A stretch of DNA of 64,000 nt from the NCBI GenBank assembly GCA_951406725.2, contig OX597815.1:83142001-83206000 (forward strand). Reading direction: 5' to 3'. Of the stretch, positions 1 to 14,333 are shown one piece after another. Source of the DNA: Octopus vulgaris. Lineage: Eukaryota. A program made the position numbers and the translations under genes. The notes beneath the pieces are model-generated. The model did not search any database and had not been told where the DNA came from. It saw only the letters and a program-made list of their open reading frames with translations. The number at the start of each line of letters is the position of its first letter. Position 1 is the first letter of the stretch.

Positions 1-259
1 GGGCGGTTTTTTTTTCACCAAATTTTATTCAACGAAAACAATAATATTTAATAAAGAAATATATCAAATGCATTACGCTCCAAAAACCCCGCGATAGATG
101 AACATCCGTGAAGTAGGAACAGTACTGTATATCTTTTTATTATTTATATAATATATATATTTATTTTATTATAAATGCAAAGCAACACCACAGAGGATTC
201 GACCTAAGCTTAAATAGTAAACCGCGATAGGCAAACCGCGATATTGCGAGGAATTACTG
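1..259. mobile_element. Right end of a Tc1/mariner-superfamily (pogo/Tigger-like) MITE; left end outside the window
   Basis: Terminal sequence CCGCGATATTGCGAGGAATTACTG followed by TA (260-261); repeated CCGCGATA subterminal motifs at ~89, ~221 and ~236. Confidence 0.55.
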
Positions 260-617
260 TATTCTAAGTAATTATAAAAATTACTATTTAATATTCCAAT
301 AATTATTATAAGAGAAAGAAAACTTTCTTCTACCTTCCGTCCTCTCTCTTTAACCCCTCTTCCTCTCCTTCTCCCCCCCTCGCTCTACCTTTTCGCACAT
401 GCTTACAAATACAAACACATTAAATGCAGATATGGTTATGGATATAAATATGTAAATGTTTGTGTGAACAAATACTATTTAATATGTGTAGTAGAATTTA
501 TTTATTCTTCTTTATGGACTGATAGTTCAAACCTTCGTTACGCGAAGAATTCCCCAGTTTGTTTCATCTTTGCAGATGAAATCCAATATAGATGGTAATT
601 GAAGTAAATAAAAAATA

Positions 618-920
618 CAAAACCAGAATACATGGTACAGTTATTTACTTCAATTAACTAACATTTTTTGCTTTACTACATAGCAAAACTGTTGTACGAA
701 ACTTTGACAATTTTTTAATCTTGACAGCTGAAGCAGTTGGTGATACAATAGTTAGACTAAAATGATCTGGTATTGCAAGCAAAAATAAATACTGAAAAAA
801 AAAGCGTATTTGACCAAATTTGGACATACGACAGTTTAGCATAATAGCAAAGATATTATATTCTGAAAACAGTTGATATTCAGGTCGGTCGTCGTAACTG
901 TACCATGTATTCTGGTTTTA
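618..920. mobile_element. ~300-bp MITE
   Basis: Perfect 25-bp inverted repeat AAAACCAGAATACATGGTACAGTTA (619-643) / TAACTGTACCATGTATTCTGGTTTT (895-919), with TA one base outside each repeat. Confidence 0.7.
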
Positions 921-1723
921 TAAACTTTACTAATTAATCGTACATGATTGTTACTATTATAGTATCACATTTGATTCTTATATTACTTTCATTTTGGCTA
1001 TATTCATATTTGTCAAATAAATATAAATTTTCAGTAAGTTATGTGTTGCTTGAATATTAATTTCCTTTAATAACGTTTCATTAATTTTATGATGTCTACA
1101 TATTCAGTTCGGGTTTTATAGTAGACTATAACGGTCATCAACTCTTTATTGTTGGAGAATGAATTCAATTTATTCAATGGTTTATATAAACGTATGTTCT
1201 TTATCTGCAAGATTGTTAATCTTTTTATATAACATTTACAGTTTGTTCACTGCGTCTCATTTCTTTCTGCTGAAGTGAATTTCAAAAAACTACATGTACC
1301 CAAAGGCATTTATTAAATATATAATGGTTATATCTATGGAGACGTCAATTCCTAACATTTATACATATATAGCTGTAAGAGCTTTGTTATGGAGTAACAT
1401 GGTGAATAGTTATATCAGTAGCTAAGATATTAATATATGAAACTAAAACACCATTTCAATCACTTTCTTCTTTTTTTTAACACAGCTTTCATAAATGGAA
1501 TTTCGTACCAACTAGCTTCTATGACATTAAAAATCATATGAATGAAGTCGATATCTAATGTAAAACTAGAAACTGGTGTGAGACACTAACAAGCAGGACA
1601 AGCAGTGGATACACATACTAGACAGACATACTTTACTTAAATTGGAAATGAAAAATGTTTAAATATTGTGAAACACAAACGGAGCTTATATTTGAAGTGA
1701 TATTGTCAGTTTCCATATTCAAT

Positions 1724-1760
<37 letters not shown>

Positions 1761-1802
1761 TATCATAATAATAATACTAATAATAACAATCATTTTTTAA
1801 GC

Positions 1803-1951
1803 AAAAGGCCTCAACTGGTACTTAATTTATTGACCTCGAAAGGATGAAAGGTAAAGTCGGCCTCCGCAGAATTTGAAGACAGAACGTAGCGGCAGACGAA
1901 ATGCCGCTAAGCATTTTGCCCGGCGCGGTAACGATACTACTAGCTCGCCGC
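1803..1951 (-). mobile_element. tRNA-derived SINE with a Meta-like central domain, lacking most of its tail
   Basis: Reverse complement of the GGCGAGCTGGCAGAA..TTCAAATTC..CTTTCATCCTTTCG.GGTCGATAAATTAAGTACCAG family also seen at 33530, 48831, 51540 and 54391. Confidence 0.8.
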
Positions 1952-2259
1952 TTCTTTTGTCTTGGTACAGCAAATATCCTGCTCAATATGCCCTGGTGCA
2001 GTACCAGGCAGTGGATTTCATTGCTTCTCACCTTAACTGATTGGAAGTGTTATCTTGTACATTGTTTTGTCTTGGTACAAAAGATGGGCTACAGAAAATA
2101 TTCTACTCAATGTCACAGATATTTGCTTACCAGTTGTTTAACCTTAACGAGTTGAGTATGTCCCTTAGTGGCATCTCTGATCACGAGCAGTAGTGGAGGA
2201 GCATCATAGCCATGTGTTGAGAGGAATTCTTTGGGGTTTGGATAATTCAACTCTAGAAG

Positions 2260-3410
2260 AGGATTTCCTCACGCGGACAACCGAGGAACCTCACACATTC
2301 TGGTTATCCCGACTGCTCGGTGCACCTCAGAAGGCGTCTCTCTTCTTCCCAACTCTTCTGGTTTACAATCGAAAGTTCAGAGTAGGCACATTCACACAGC
2401 CCATTCTCGCCACATTTTTCCACCTTTGAACAAAATATTGAGGGGTAGAACTTCTCTCTCTACCCTCACTTTCTTTTTCAAGTGGGACTTTCCTGAAGAG
2501 GAAAGTATCTGGCTTTACTCCTTTCAACCTCTTGTACCATGCTGTCTCCTTCGCCATAACCAGCAGACAGAGGAAAACTGCCTTTCCTTCACGATGGATT
2601 CAGTTGACAACCGGATCTGTTCTTCACGTGATCACAGCCAGGAGGATAGCAGATGGACCGACTGACGAGCGGAACACGTCCCTTCCACAGAAAGTGGAAG
2701 AGTAAAAACCCCAGTTTGATCAGGCATGACGTAGGGAAAGGGACGATAGTCAGGTGGTAGTAGATGACGGAAGCAATCGACGCATTCTCAACCTCCATCC
2801 GACACTTCAGGGACAGCTTCCTCTCTGCACTACTCGTCATCTCCCCAGTTCTTGTCCACATGGTGGTCTGGACCAAACCAGACGCCGAGCGATTTAACCA
2901 GTCCTTCCGTCCAGCGCCATGCAACGCTGTCGGTTGGCATGGACCTGCCTCTCCAGGTGCCAAGCTGCAGGCCCATTGACTTCTGATTAATCCTTGCTCC
3001 TGTCACCGCTTCGTACACCCTAAAGTAGAGCCGATCATCTCCATTTTCAAGCTGCCCGATACTATTACGGTGACGTCATCCGCATAATCCGACACAAATC
3101 TTCTGCCTCTTAGATCACGCTGGATGTTCTTCGAAATATCCACCTTCCTGAGTACAGAAGATGAGACTGTGTGCATCTTTCACGGACTGAACGAGCGATG
3201 GTAAAGTATTCCGATAGATAGCTGTTTACTCTGACCACCTAACAGATGTCGCTGTACGCTCCACCGATCGAGCCTCGGAAAACAGGACTGAAGTCGGCCA
3301 TCACGAGGACAGACTTCACGTATTGATGGTCAACGCCGTCAAAAGCTTTTGATTTATCCAAATAGGTCAGGGCCTCGCCTATGCTAGGTCCCTTCCCGAC
3401 CCTTTCTATG
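2260..3410 (-). pseudogene. Decayed, internally deleted L1/Tx1-clade LINE ORF2 (reverse transcriptase and C-terminal region)
   Basis: Minus-strand YLDKSKAFDGVDHQY (ORF 3239-3541), YADDV at 3072-3086, VKSLGVWFGPD and C-terminal KETAWYKR; broken by frameshifts and stops. Confidence 0.8.
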
Positions 3411-5299
3411 ATGTGTGTGTATGTGTGCGTGTGTGTGTTTTGGTGCGTGTTTGTGCATGTGTGCATGTGTTTGCGCGTGTGAGTACAAATACATATGCAT
3501 ACAAATATGTAATATTTGCATAAATGCATACAAATATGCAATAGCTCCTCTATTATCCACTGAAATGTGTACTTTGCTGAAAAGGTCTAATATGATAGAA
3601 ACGTATCAACTTCATTCTGTCGCACTTCTCAGTATGATTTACGATTATAAGTAATTATTCATTCAGTGATTGCCTTTTCCGCACCGCATAATTATTTCTT
3701 ATTAGTTTTGAATTTTTAAATACTTTTGTATTACACTTGGTAAGGGTCATTTATAAATGCATGCAATCACACATACGTAGTGCATGTATGTATGCATGCA
3801 ATTACATACATAATTTAATAAGGATCACCATTACTATCTTACCATCAATTATATCTACCATTTTCTCTGGAAACGAAGAGAGAAGTATTATCATATTCTA
3901 TTATCAGTATTATTTAGTGAAAAATTGTCACCTCTTCCCTTAATGAGAGTGTTAGCAATGTTTCTAAAGAGAGAAGCAAATCAATGTAACAAGAACTAGG
4001 TCCTATGTGATAATTTGGAATGTGGCCACTTTATATATTGCGACTTGTTGCCCAGAAAGTTAAAAAAAGACATAGTGTCGCTCATTGTATATTTTCTTTA
4101 TCCAGCTGTTTTCAAAAGTCTTCTGGTGCATTAAGATGTAGCAGTTGACAATAGATTTGATACTTCACATGCTAAGATTCCATGTTTAAATGTGGTTTAA
4201 ATTGGGGTCATGATAATCCATAATCGTTTCATGTGGTTACATGTCACAGATTAGTCCTCTATATGTCTTCATATATTTTTCGTATGTTCAAAGACAACTG
4301 TCAGAGAATTACAGTATACTTTCAATGAAGCGGGACACAATCTTCAGTCAACAGCGATTCATGATCTGTGATGCTGTAAATCATGTATTCCACCTTCATG
4401 CATTATAGCTTAACTAGACTACATTACATATTTGACTAATTATTCAATAAGAATTGAACAATTTTACTAACATCCTTCTTCTAAGATTCCTCTCTTGTTT
4501 AGGTGATATTAACCACTGGAAATAATGTGTTTATATTTCCTGGAATGTGGTACAGGTGAAACGGAGGAACCAGTACGTGGGACTAATGCAAACTTTCGTT
4601 TTGATTATATCCTATAATAATTCTAGACTAAACTATAGATTTTTATTCTGGTGAAATCGTTAGAAAAATTGAATCAATACTATGTCTGGTTGCATCAAAA
4701 TTATTACTAGCCTTCATTCTGTCACAAAGCGTATCAAAAATATTTAACATATTATTTACCTGAAATCTAATAGCGCTTCTTCTTTACTTTCCATCTGGGG
4801 CTCAATTTACACTAATATCTGGAATACTAATTTAAACGAAATTATTCTGTTCTCTACCTCTAAATGTGTAATGCATAGATATTACATTTTTATTTACTCA
4901 GTAAATAAAATTCCGCTTTTCATATAACTCACCTAATGTATAATTCGTTGAACATACCTTGATTACATACTGAATATCCAAATTACCAAATTGTGAGCTA
5001 CAAAATTTGATATTCTAACAACCTAAAAACAGCGTAATACGATAGAAATCTGATTTTTTTTTCTATTTTGTTTTGGCTCAGTAAAAATCATTTATAAAGT
5101 GATTTGACTTTTAAGTTTCAGTAGACTGCAATATCAGATGAAACACTCACCCAAACAATCGTGATAAAGCAAAAACGGAAAAATAAGCAAATATAAATAA
5201 TAAACTTTGTCATTAAAAGTATTAGTTGTACGAGTTGGAAGAAACGTTGATAGTGATACATAATTTGCACATAACAATATAGAACATTGACATGTATGT

Positions 5300-5304
5300 A
5301 CGTG

Positions 5305-5343
<39 letters not shown>

Positions 5344-5373
5344 GCCACATATATATATATTTGTATGTATATA

Positions 5374-5419
<46 letters not shown>

Positions 5420-5485
5420 ACATATATATATATATATATATATACATATATATATACATACGTATATATATATATATATATATAC

Positions 5486-5518
<33 letters not shown>
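5300..5518. repeat. Interrupted (TA)n microsatellite
   Basis: Directly visible; source of the YI-repeat ORFs. Confidence 0.95.
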
Positions 5519-5520
<2 letters not shown>

Positions 5521-5721
5521 TAAATATAATAAGTAATATTATAAATTAAAATAAAAAAACACCATGGATGGCCTACTCTTAACAGGAAATTATCATCTCT
5601 GAAGATTAAATTAAAAATTGAAATTTCAATCAACTACAAACAATAATGATATTAAATTCCGACAAATATTAAATTTTTCAAAGGTAATCAAGAAGACAAA
5701 AAATATAAAATAGTATAATCA

Positions 5722-6030
5722 TTATGAATATCAAGAACAACATGAGCATTATGAAAATGATCACAGTCGCCACCATCACTACCACCACCAGTATCATCAT
5801 CATCGTCATCATCATCATCATCCTCACACACATCGCCATCATCATCATATTCATCGTCGCTGTTGTGATCGCAGCCATTGTTGCCGTCATCGTCGTCGTT
5901 ATCATTGTCGTCATCATCATGGTCGCAGCGGTCTTCGTTGTCATTAACATCTAACTCCACTTCAACGCCCTCCTCTTCTGCATCACCATCATCATTATCA
6001 TTTGCTGCGGTAGTAATAGTTGTATCATCA
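5722..6030. repeat. Degenerate (CAT/CGT/CAC)n trinucleotide tract
   Basis: Directly visible; source of the poly-D/M/I ORFs. Confidence 0.85.
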
Positions 6031-6036
6031 CTGACA

Positions 6037-6360
6037 AGGCGTGTGGCTTAGTGGGTAGAATATTCAGCTCATGATCGTAAGATCGTGAATTCGATACCCA
6101 TCGGCGACTTGTGTCCTTGGACAAGACACTTTATTTGTGTGTTCTGCAGTTCACTGGTAAAATGAGTAAAATGAGTAGTACTTGTATTTCAAGGGGCCAG
6201 TCTTGTCACATTCTGTGTCATGCTGAATTTTCCTGAGGACTACGTTAAGGAGACGCGTGTCTGTGGAATACTTTGCTACTTGCACATTTAATTTGCCGAT
6301 CAGGTTGTTCCGTTGGTTGGATCAAGTGGCACCCACGTCGTCGCCACAGACTTAGTGCCA
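6037..6360 (+). mobile_element. tRNA-derived SINE with a CORE-like domain
   Basis: Box A-like GTGGCTTAGTGG, box B-like GAATTCGATACC, then GTGTCCTTGGACAAGACACTT..CAGTTCACT; head similar to the copies at 33812 and 46196. Confidence 0.7.
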
Positions 6361-6639
6361 GTTTTGTCTCATTACCACAACCACAATTTCCGTAGTCGTC
6401 GTCATCAACGTGGCGTGGTTGTCATCATCAACATCATCATCATCGTGAATACCAACATCGCAAACATCGTGATCAATATCATTCTAATTAAAATTTTCCG
6501 TTTATTATCATTAAAGAGATTGGCGCTTCTCGTAGATGTTTTAATTAGGGAAACACAAATATGCTCAATCCGCAATAGATCGCTGAACATCAACCTCCAT
6601 CTTATGGTTGCTGAGACTGATGAATTTGAATCAATCGAA

Positions 6640-8410
6640 AGCTTTCAATAGGGCCGACTATCTTTAGTTGCAGCAATTGTAAAAGCAGGCTGTTTCATAT
6701 CCGTTTACATTGGTAGGTTCATGGTATTGTACAGTGGAGTTTCCTCAGCGGTTACAATAAACGTTTAATATCGCACCCTGAATACGTCAGGTTAAGTCCA
6801 CTCCCATCTATTCAACTCGGAATCCCTCTCGAACCACTGCTGCGACACTAAAACTCTTGAGGTGTGTCCCTTGTGAGCTGGGATGCGAGAAATCTGCATG
6901 GCGTATGCAGATGATATTACCGTAATAGTATCAGACACCACGGAAGTTCAGATCATTGATTCCATTCTAAAGGAATACAAGGTGTTATAAGGAGCAAGAA
7001 TAAGTCCGAACATGTTAGTGGGCTTGATTAACAGCCCCAAGAGAGCCTACAAATCGGCTAAATTGTCCGATGTCACTTTTGATTCTGATACATAGGTACA
7101 CAGGTACTGGGTTGAGGTTACAGGAATAGTGTCCAGCCTCACTCAGCTATGAACTGTGAAGATATTATCTATGAAATGTCAAGCAGAGACTTACATCACC
7201 TCCGTTATAAGTTATCGTTTGAGCATTTTTGCCTTGTCGCAGTCCACATTTGAACACATTTCTGCAGATACAATTCCACTACCTGTGGAATTGACGCGTT
7301 CTAATGGTCAGTCGGTCCATCTGTAATTAGCACCCTATGGGCTGTGGGTTTGACATGCTATAGAGGAAGATGCACAAATGGACGCTGAAACTATATCTAC
7401 AGATTTGTCTTCTACGTTTTTTGCAGCCAATCTTTTTAACAGAGCAGCAGTTCTGACTCGTGAAGAGACCTATATTGGACATCTACAATATAAAATGTCG
7501 TCATGCGCTCACCACACTCTACCAGCCGGTCAATTGGAACAGTTAAAGTCCTATATTAGCAATATATAAAGACCTAGTGGATGGTAGGAACGATGGTCTG
7601 CGCATGAAAAATCGCAATGTCGAGGAGGAACTACCTAATTTATTTCGGAGGGTCAGAAACTACAATGGATAACCTGCAGAAATTCGTGTTGTAGAGGTGC
7701 TACTGCGAGCACTGCCGGTTCGAATTAAACTTTACAGGAATGGAGGTGCTGCCAGATAGGACTTGTTGAGATATGTGCAATGCGACAAAACCGTACTGCA
7801 CGCACGCGTGAAGTGTCCGAGCATTGTTAACTTAAGGAGTTCCGTCATACACGAGTTATCATATGTGGGATTGATCTGCTTATCGATCAAATTCATTGTG
7901 AATATTGTCCCACCACACACAGATATCACAGCAGGACAATGTTCTTCTGTCTAGTGGCTATCGTCTCTAGAAAGCAGTTGTCTGGAGGACGAGGGTAAAG
8001 GATAGAAGAAAGACACCATTCACGATAGTCGATCATTTATTCACATATCTAAGTGTATGTGGAAGAGAAGTGCTCTCGGAGTGAATTAGTAATAAGGCGG
8101 GCGACTAGCAAAAATATTTAAGGCCTAGCTTGGAGAATTAAAGCTGAGCGAGACCTCGTACCTTTGATGGTGAAGGTGATCCTGGATCCCTCAGGTTCCT
8201 TGACTGGCCCTAGTTGTAGGTGTTACAGTTTCAGGATGTATTTACATATGCACTTACTTATTTTGTATATTATGTACACTGTCATTTCATTTCATTCTTA
8301 TACTGATTTCCCTCAGCTTTTTTGTTAATTTCCACCCTAATAGCGAACTGTCCTCATACTGTTCCACTCACTTGATGCCCCTGTGGAAGTAAAAGCAATA
8401 ATAATGAAAA
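6640..8410 (+). pseudogene. Decayed L1/Tx1-clade LINE, 3' part (RT to 3' UTR and A-rich tail)
   Basis: AYADDITV at 6901-6924; similar to the element at 2260-3410 in the opposite orientation; CxxC..ETVxH-like stretch near 7730-7820; T-rich 3' UTR ending AAAAGCAATAATAAT. Confidence 0.7.
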
Positions 8411-9190
8411 TAACATCGCCAGTTACAAACCTACAAACATTTGTTAATAAATAGAGACAAAGCATCTGATATGCTTTATGGGTTTGTTTTATAAATGTGC
8501 CACAGTTATAGTTAGATAAAGTCAACGGGTGGAAATAAATTTAAAACTAAAAAATTAAGCGAAATGCAAGCAATGACACCAGATGTAAAACGGAAAAAGT
8601 AATGTCTGTGAGTTAGAATGTTAGGAAAAAAGGCAAAAATACAAAACAAAATTACCTAAAAATCTCTAGGTTAAAATTGTAGCAAAAAATCTGCTTTTGT
8701 ACCTGGAGAGAAGGAATGCTAGATAATTACAAATACAATAACATGAAAATAAAGTGCACTAACCAGTTTTCACTGTTAAGCTATTAATCTCTGGCTCCCC
8801 AGTCCGAGCTGGTAATTATGGTTACTGGAAAATATGCCACACTTTGATATAAAAACGGATAATAGACCAAATTCGTGATTTACCTCATGAAAATGGTATC
8901 TGTATTGGTACTTAAAAATTTGACATTGAACTGTCAAACTTGTACTCTCATGTAAACTAGTTATACCTAGCACAATGTTGGTCACATATATTTACTGCTA
9001 ACATCACAGAGTCAATGCATCGCAGGCAGGGAAGTAAAGGGAAACAAATTCCTCATGGAATCTGAAACATCGAATCTCTAAGGTTCGCTTCTTATTCCTA
9101 GGTTCCGAATTACATTGCATGGTATATCCGTGAATTTGTAACAAATGAAATACACCACGCACTCTTATGTATGTCTCTGTGGTGTATAAT

Positions 9191-9221
<31 letters not shown>

Positions 9222-9224
9222 TAT

Positions 9225-9282
<58 letters not shown>

Positions 9283-9284
9283 AA

Positions 9285-9765
9285 GCTGAGCTACTCTGGG
9301 AGGCTGAAAGAGCTACTGAGTATGCAGTGATATATGTGTGGAAGATACTGGAAGGGCTGGCACCAAACTTTGGAATTGAGAATTATACCAGATCTGGAAT
9401 TGGTTATCACTGCACTGTTCCAAAAGTCCCAGCTGTCCCATCTAAGTTGAGGACCATGTACAGTAACATCTTGGGATTCAAGGGCCCACATCTATTTAAC
9501 GCCTTGACAAATTGACAAAATACTTGAGGGGTGTCCATGGAGTGGGAGTACATCTTTGCAAGAAGCAACTTGAACACTTGCTGTCCAACCTCCTGGGTGA
9601 ACCAATATCCAGGCAGGAAACTCAAAAGAGGGCAGCAATGTTAGACTCACTCCTTCACCAAACGTCAATCACATAGACTTGGCGAGTTAAAGGGTTATTA
9701 CACAGGCGGTACCCCAGCATGGCCACAACCTTAATGCTGGAACATAGCAGAATAACAGAAGAATA
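9285..9765 (+). pseudogene. 5'-truncated CR1/L2-group LINE 3' end
   Basis: YAVIYVWKILEGLAPNFGI..GPHLFNAL C-terminal signature; tail GGCGGTACCCCAGCATGGCCAC followed by AGAATA-type repeats. Confidence 0.75.
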
Positions 9766-10202
9766 GAATGTGTTAGAGGGGGCTGTGAGTGTGTTTGTGT
9801 GTGTATGTATATATGCAAATTTTTTTGTTGTATTCGTCTCCAAGATGGAAACTAGTACCAACGTTCTCATGTGACAGGTTTGATAATTGTTGAGAGAATC
9901 CTTATGCATGAAACCATTGGTATCCTTGTTTTCTCCTAGATGAAATTGCTTTCTCAAGTTCAATCATCTGAAAGTCTTGTTTTCAAGAAACAGCACCCTT
10001 CTTGTACCTTCTCTTCTCCATAAAAAATATTTCTACTATGCGTCGAGTCTAATTCAACTAAAAAAAACAGGAACTGATCTTGATTGTTTTGAAACGCTTT
10101 TCATAAGAAGCAAATTTTAGTAGTGCGATTTTGGCCCCCACTAATACCCATACCTCATGTTCTTTGCTTGATATTCTGTTGAATAATGTTATCTGTATCG
10201 GT

Positions 10203-10350
10203 AAGGCAGTGAGCTGGTAGAATCTTTAGCACGCCGAGCAAAATGTTTAGCGGCATTTCGTTCGTTTTTGTTTTGTGTCGCAGACGACGACTTTATCTCC
10301 CAGGGTCGATATAATCTTCTTCCCCGATAATTGCTGGCCAGCACCAAAAT
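10203..10350 (+). mobile_element. Degenerate Meta-like SINE
   Basis: AAGGCAGTGAGCTGGTAGAATCTTTAGCACGCCGAGCAAAATG head and GGGTCGAT remnant. Confidence 0.65.
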
Positions 10351-13300
10351 ATGAAAGCATAATTTTCTATCAGCAGCTTATCATATTATTTCTGTCCATA
10401 TACGATATAATTATTTAAGAATAGAATTTGGAACGACAGATAATGAGCAAACTATAACTGCTGTTGTTTTTAATCGTATATATTTAGAAAGTCTGACTTT
10501 CAAAATCCTTTTCAAGTAGTGCTCGTATATCCTTGTATAAGCCATCAATGTTATGGTATTAACGTTCACTTGGACCACTCCTAAACCTATTAAATATACA
10601 TAAATATGTACTTCAGGAAAATGATTTCACGACAATTTTAATTTTTTTATATACAAAAATAACTTGATATGTATCTACCAACGTTACTATCTCATTATTC
10701 GCATGTTCGTATCCTACTTTCTAAATTCTAAAGTATAATAAAAACAATATTCTTTGCAGGCAACAACTACGTGATTCACTAGAGAAGACATCCATAGTAA
10801 TCTATCTATCGATGCGGGTAGGGAGTTATTTATGGTATTCTCCGGATTGTAGTTCGTGAAGTTAAAATTCTAATGTTATGGATGAGAAGCTGTTTTAAGC
10901 TGGTAAGTGAAGATCAGGAAGTATGTAAAGGAAGAAAAGACAAATTATAAATGCAGCTGCTTGTTATTTTTCCGTTTTTAATTTACAGAGGGCATGACAT
11001 TTTTCATTTGTTTTCTGCTGTAGATTCCGTTAAGATAACAGGGCAACAGGGAAAAGTGACATTGAAATGACAGCTGGTTATTTCTACTGACGATCCTGTC
11101 AAAGATAGAAATATTAATGAAGTGATCGTAATCACGTGACATCACTTAAATTTTATCAGGAAGGAATACCTCCAGCTTCTGTTAAAATCAAGCGGTTGAC
11201 ATGAAGAGGCTTTAAAGAGTAATTGTATTTACAATGCTTCTACATTAGAAGTAGTTCACATTTATCTACTTTAGATAGTACTTTGGCACATGAATCAACT
11301 TAAATCTGTATACTTGGGTATCAAGTAGTTCATAACATTTTGAAAGATTATATCATAGAACTACAGCTCTGAATAACAACGAAAGGCTTTCCGTCATGTT
11401 AGTGTTCTAAGGCATATGAACTTCTAAGGTCTCCATAAGTGTATCAATATGAGAAATCGAAATATTTAAGGATTTACATAATTCGCATAAAACGAATCAC
11501 GTTTGATATATGATGAATTAACTATGTAAGTGTCTTTGTAAACCAAGGAACCGAGGGAGCAATGGTTTATTGTAACTTACTGCATAACTTGCAATGCTGC
11601 CAATCCGAAAAGCTCCAAATCTGTATATTTTCTTGACGTAGTATGTTGCCGTATACAACGATCGAAATACGGATATGACCATTACACTGCTGTATTAGTT
11701 AAATTCGTTCTACAGAAAATAAAATTAACAAGTCAATTTCATTGACTAAGTTCAAGACCAGGTTAATCTTTTGTCCCATCTCATCAGGGCAATGGAAATC
11801 GGTGATGAGTAGAAAAAAATATATATACATACATACATATATAATAGATGATGTCATGCTACATACACACGCACACACACACACATGCACACACACACAT
11901 ACACACACACACATATATGCAATAATATGTGTACGTGTGACGTGAATATATGTGTTTTCGTGTTTGCTTGTGCTCGTCGTTGTGAGATTACCCATTTCAA
12001 TATAGTGCTACGTAAGATATGTTTATTTTTTTCGCTTTTCTTTAATGCGAATTGTTCATATTAAATAAGTCTGCTGGTCTAGTTTGCATAGAGAAAAAGG
12101 AAAAACAACACCGGTTAGCGGGCTATTTACTTCAGTGCATGATTTGTTTTGAGCAAAGCTAATGAAATTGCACGAATGTATTTAATTATGTAAATGCCTT
12201 TTACGTATAATTATGGCTTGGGATCGGCATGCTTTCGAAAATGAAAGATGAGACCTACAGGCTAATTATTAATCAATTAACATAGATTCTCATTATAAAT
12301 TTACAGTTCATTGTTCTGAGAGAAACTAAATTTATATATTTAATTTGTATTATTATGTATTTAGCTTTTATACATTTTGATATTCGACGGTGTTTTTCTG
12401 TCTTTTAATTTCTATACATTACACATATTTTTTTTTTCATGATTTGTTTTCTCTTCTTTTGGCTTGCCTTATAAACAACTGTAAAAATTGCTTATATTTT
12501 CGAATTGGTAATATTTTGGGGTTGACTATTCAATTCGCTGACGGCATTCTCCTAAATGTTGATGAGTATGCTGTGATTGGCTTAGTAGTTCTCCAGTTGG
12601 GATGAAACGTGTTACTAATGTTTGCAATATGACTCATTATAGAGGGTAAGTAATGTATAACAACATTAAATAGTACATTTTGTATTTCTCTAATATTATT
12701 TGAGTTCCATGTACAGGCTAACGACGACGCTTCCATATTATCTATGTTATTTTGTTCTTGAATACGAAATTGATTTTCGACTATCTCTGAAGCCATGAAC
12801 CTAGTCATTTAGCTAAAACATCCTATTTCTGTAATCTCAGTCAAAATGTGTTCTTGGAGTCTTAATGCTTGAGGACTTTCGTTATTTACTGTTATGGTTT
12901 AAACGAATCACTCCTCTGACTCCTCTATTGTCGTAATTTTAGTTAGGTATGATCTTTAGTCATTTACTTATTTCGTTGGCTCAATGATATTGAGATCGTT
13001 TTTGTTTTGTTTTAGTTGTAGGTATCACACTGTCATTATTATTGTTTGTCATGCCTTAGATCTTAAGTATTATTTTTCCCTTCGTTTATTTTATATAAAG
13101 GGGATATAATTATTAGATGATTGAATTATAGCAAAGATTATTTATTTTCTATGTAAATAAATATTCTTTCGAGTATTCTATGGTGAGTAATATACTTGAG
13201 CTTTCCCTGAACTTTATTGTCAACATGTCTTAGACACTCGCTACAATTTATTATACTTATACTTGTCAGTATCTCAGATAAAGACATGAACAGCTCGAGT

Positions 13301-13523
13301 GTTTTTCCTACTATAACATAAATGTTTTGAATTTAAAATCTCATATCGGATCTTTCTTTCTATTCCGGGTGGAGAGAAGTAAATTAGGATAATTGATACT
13401 TATTTCTAATAAATTTGAAAGCTTACTGAAAATATTATATGTTGAAAATATGTCTTCACTTAACTGACAAGGCTACTTCGGCTGCTAGAGATATTAAGCA
13501 CATAGTATCTTGTTCTGCTAAGT

Positions 13524-13558
<35 letters not shown>

Positions 13559-13561
13559 GTG

Positions 13562-13609
<48 letters not shown>

Positions 13610-13893
13610 TGAGTGTGTGTGTATATGTATATATATATATATGTGTGTGTGAGTTTGTGTATATATGTATATATATATATATGCGTGTCTGTGTGTGTGC
13701 GTGTATGTGTGTACGTATACCCATATACACAATATAAAGTAAAAACCCAGGGGAATAATTACAAGGTAGCTAAATGTTGCCTAAGTCTCTCAGGATATAA
13801 ATCCGGGATAGTTAGTCGTATTTCCTGAAAAATAGGAAAATTGAATAAGGGGATGAACTCACGAGATGTTATTAAACCATTTATATCTTGAAT

Positions 13894-13980
13894 TCTTCTA
13901 CACATGTTTCGACGGATGCACTCCGAAATGTCCGACAGAATATATTATGGTCAGCAATGCATCAATCCTATCAGGAAAGA
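13894..13980 (-). ncRNA. Degenerate minimal hammerhead motif of Penelope type
   Basis: Minus strand UUC-CUGAUAG..GAUGCA/UGCAUC stem..GAAAC-AUGU-GUA-GAA; the core deviates from CUGANGA. Confidence 0.4.
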
Positions 13981-14259
13981 TATAAATAGCAAAATCATTA
14001 AACAGACATATTAACAGAAACAGAAAGTCCTATAAAATGTAACGTATTTATATTCATGTCAATATAAATCTTATATACCTACAAAAAAAAAAATACAAAC
14101 GTAAACAAACATATATACATTCACACGCATTAATATACATATGTATAAGAATTCAAGATATAAATGGATGGTTTAACATCCTGAGAGTTCGTCTCCATAT
14201 TCAATTTTCCAACACACACACACACAAATATATATATATATATATACGTATATGTGTAA

Positions 14260-14333
<74 letters not shown>

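Noticed and set aside
3950-5030. Possible very old minus-strand LINE remnant (similarly 43200-44720)
   Set aside because: Only faint motif echoes were seen and no diagnostic RT motif could be read
12400-13400. Possible decayed minus-strand Penelope endonuclease region
   Set aside because: The resemblance is limited to a few residues (AYSS..RR), too weak to call without a profile search
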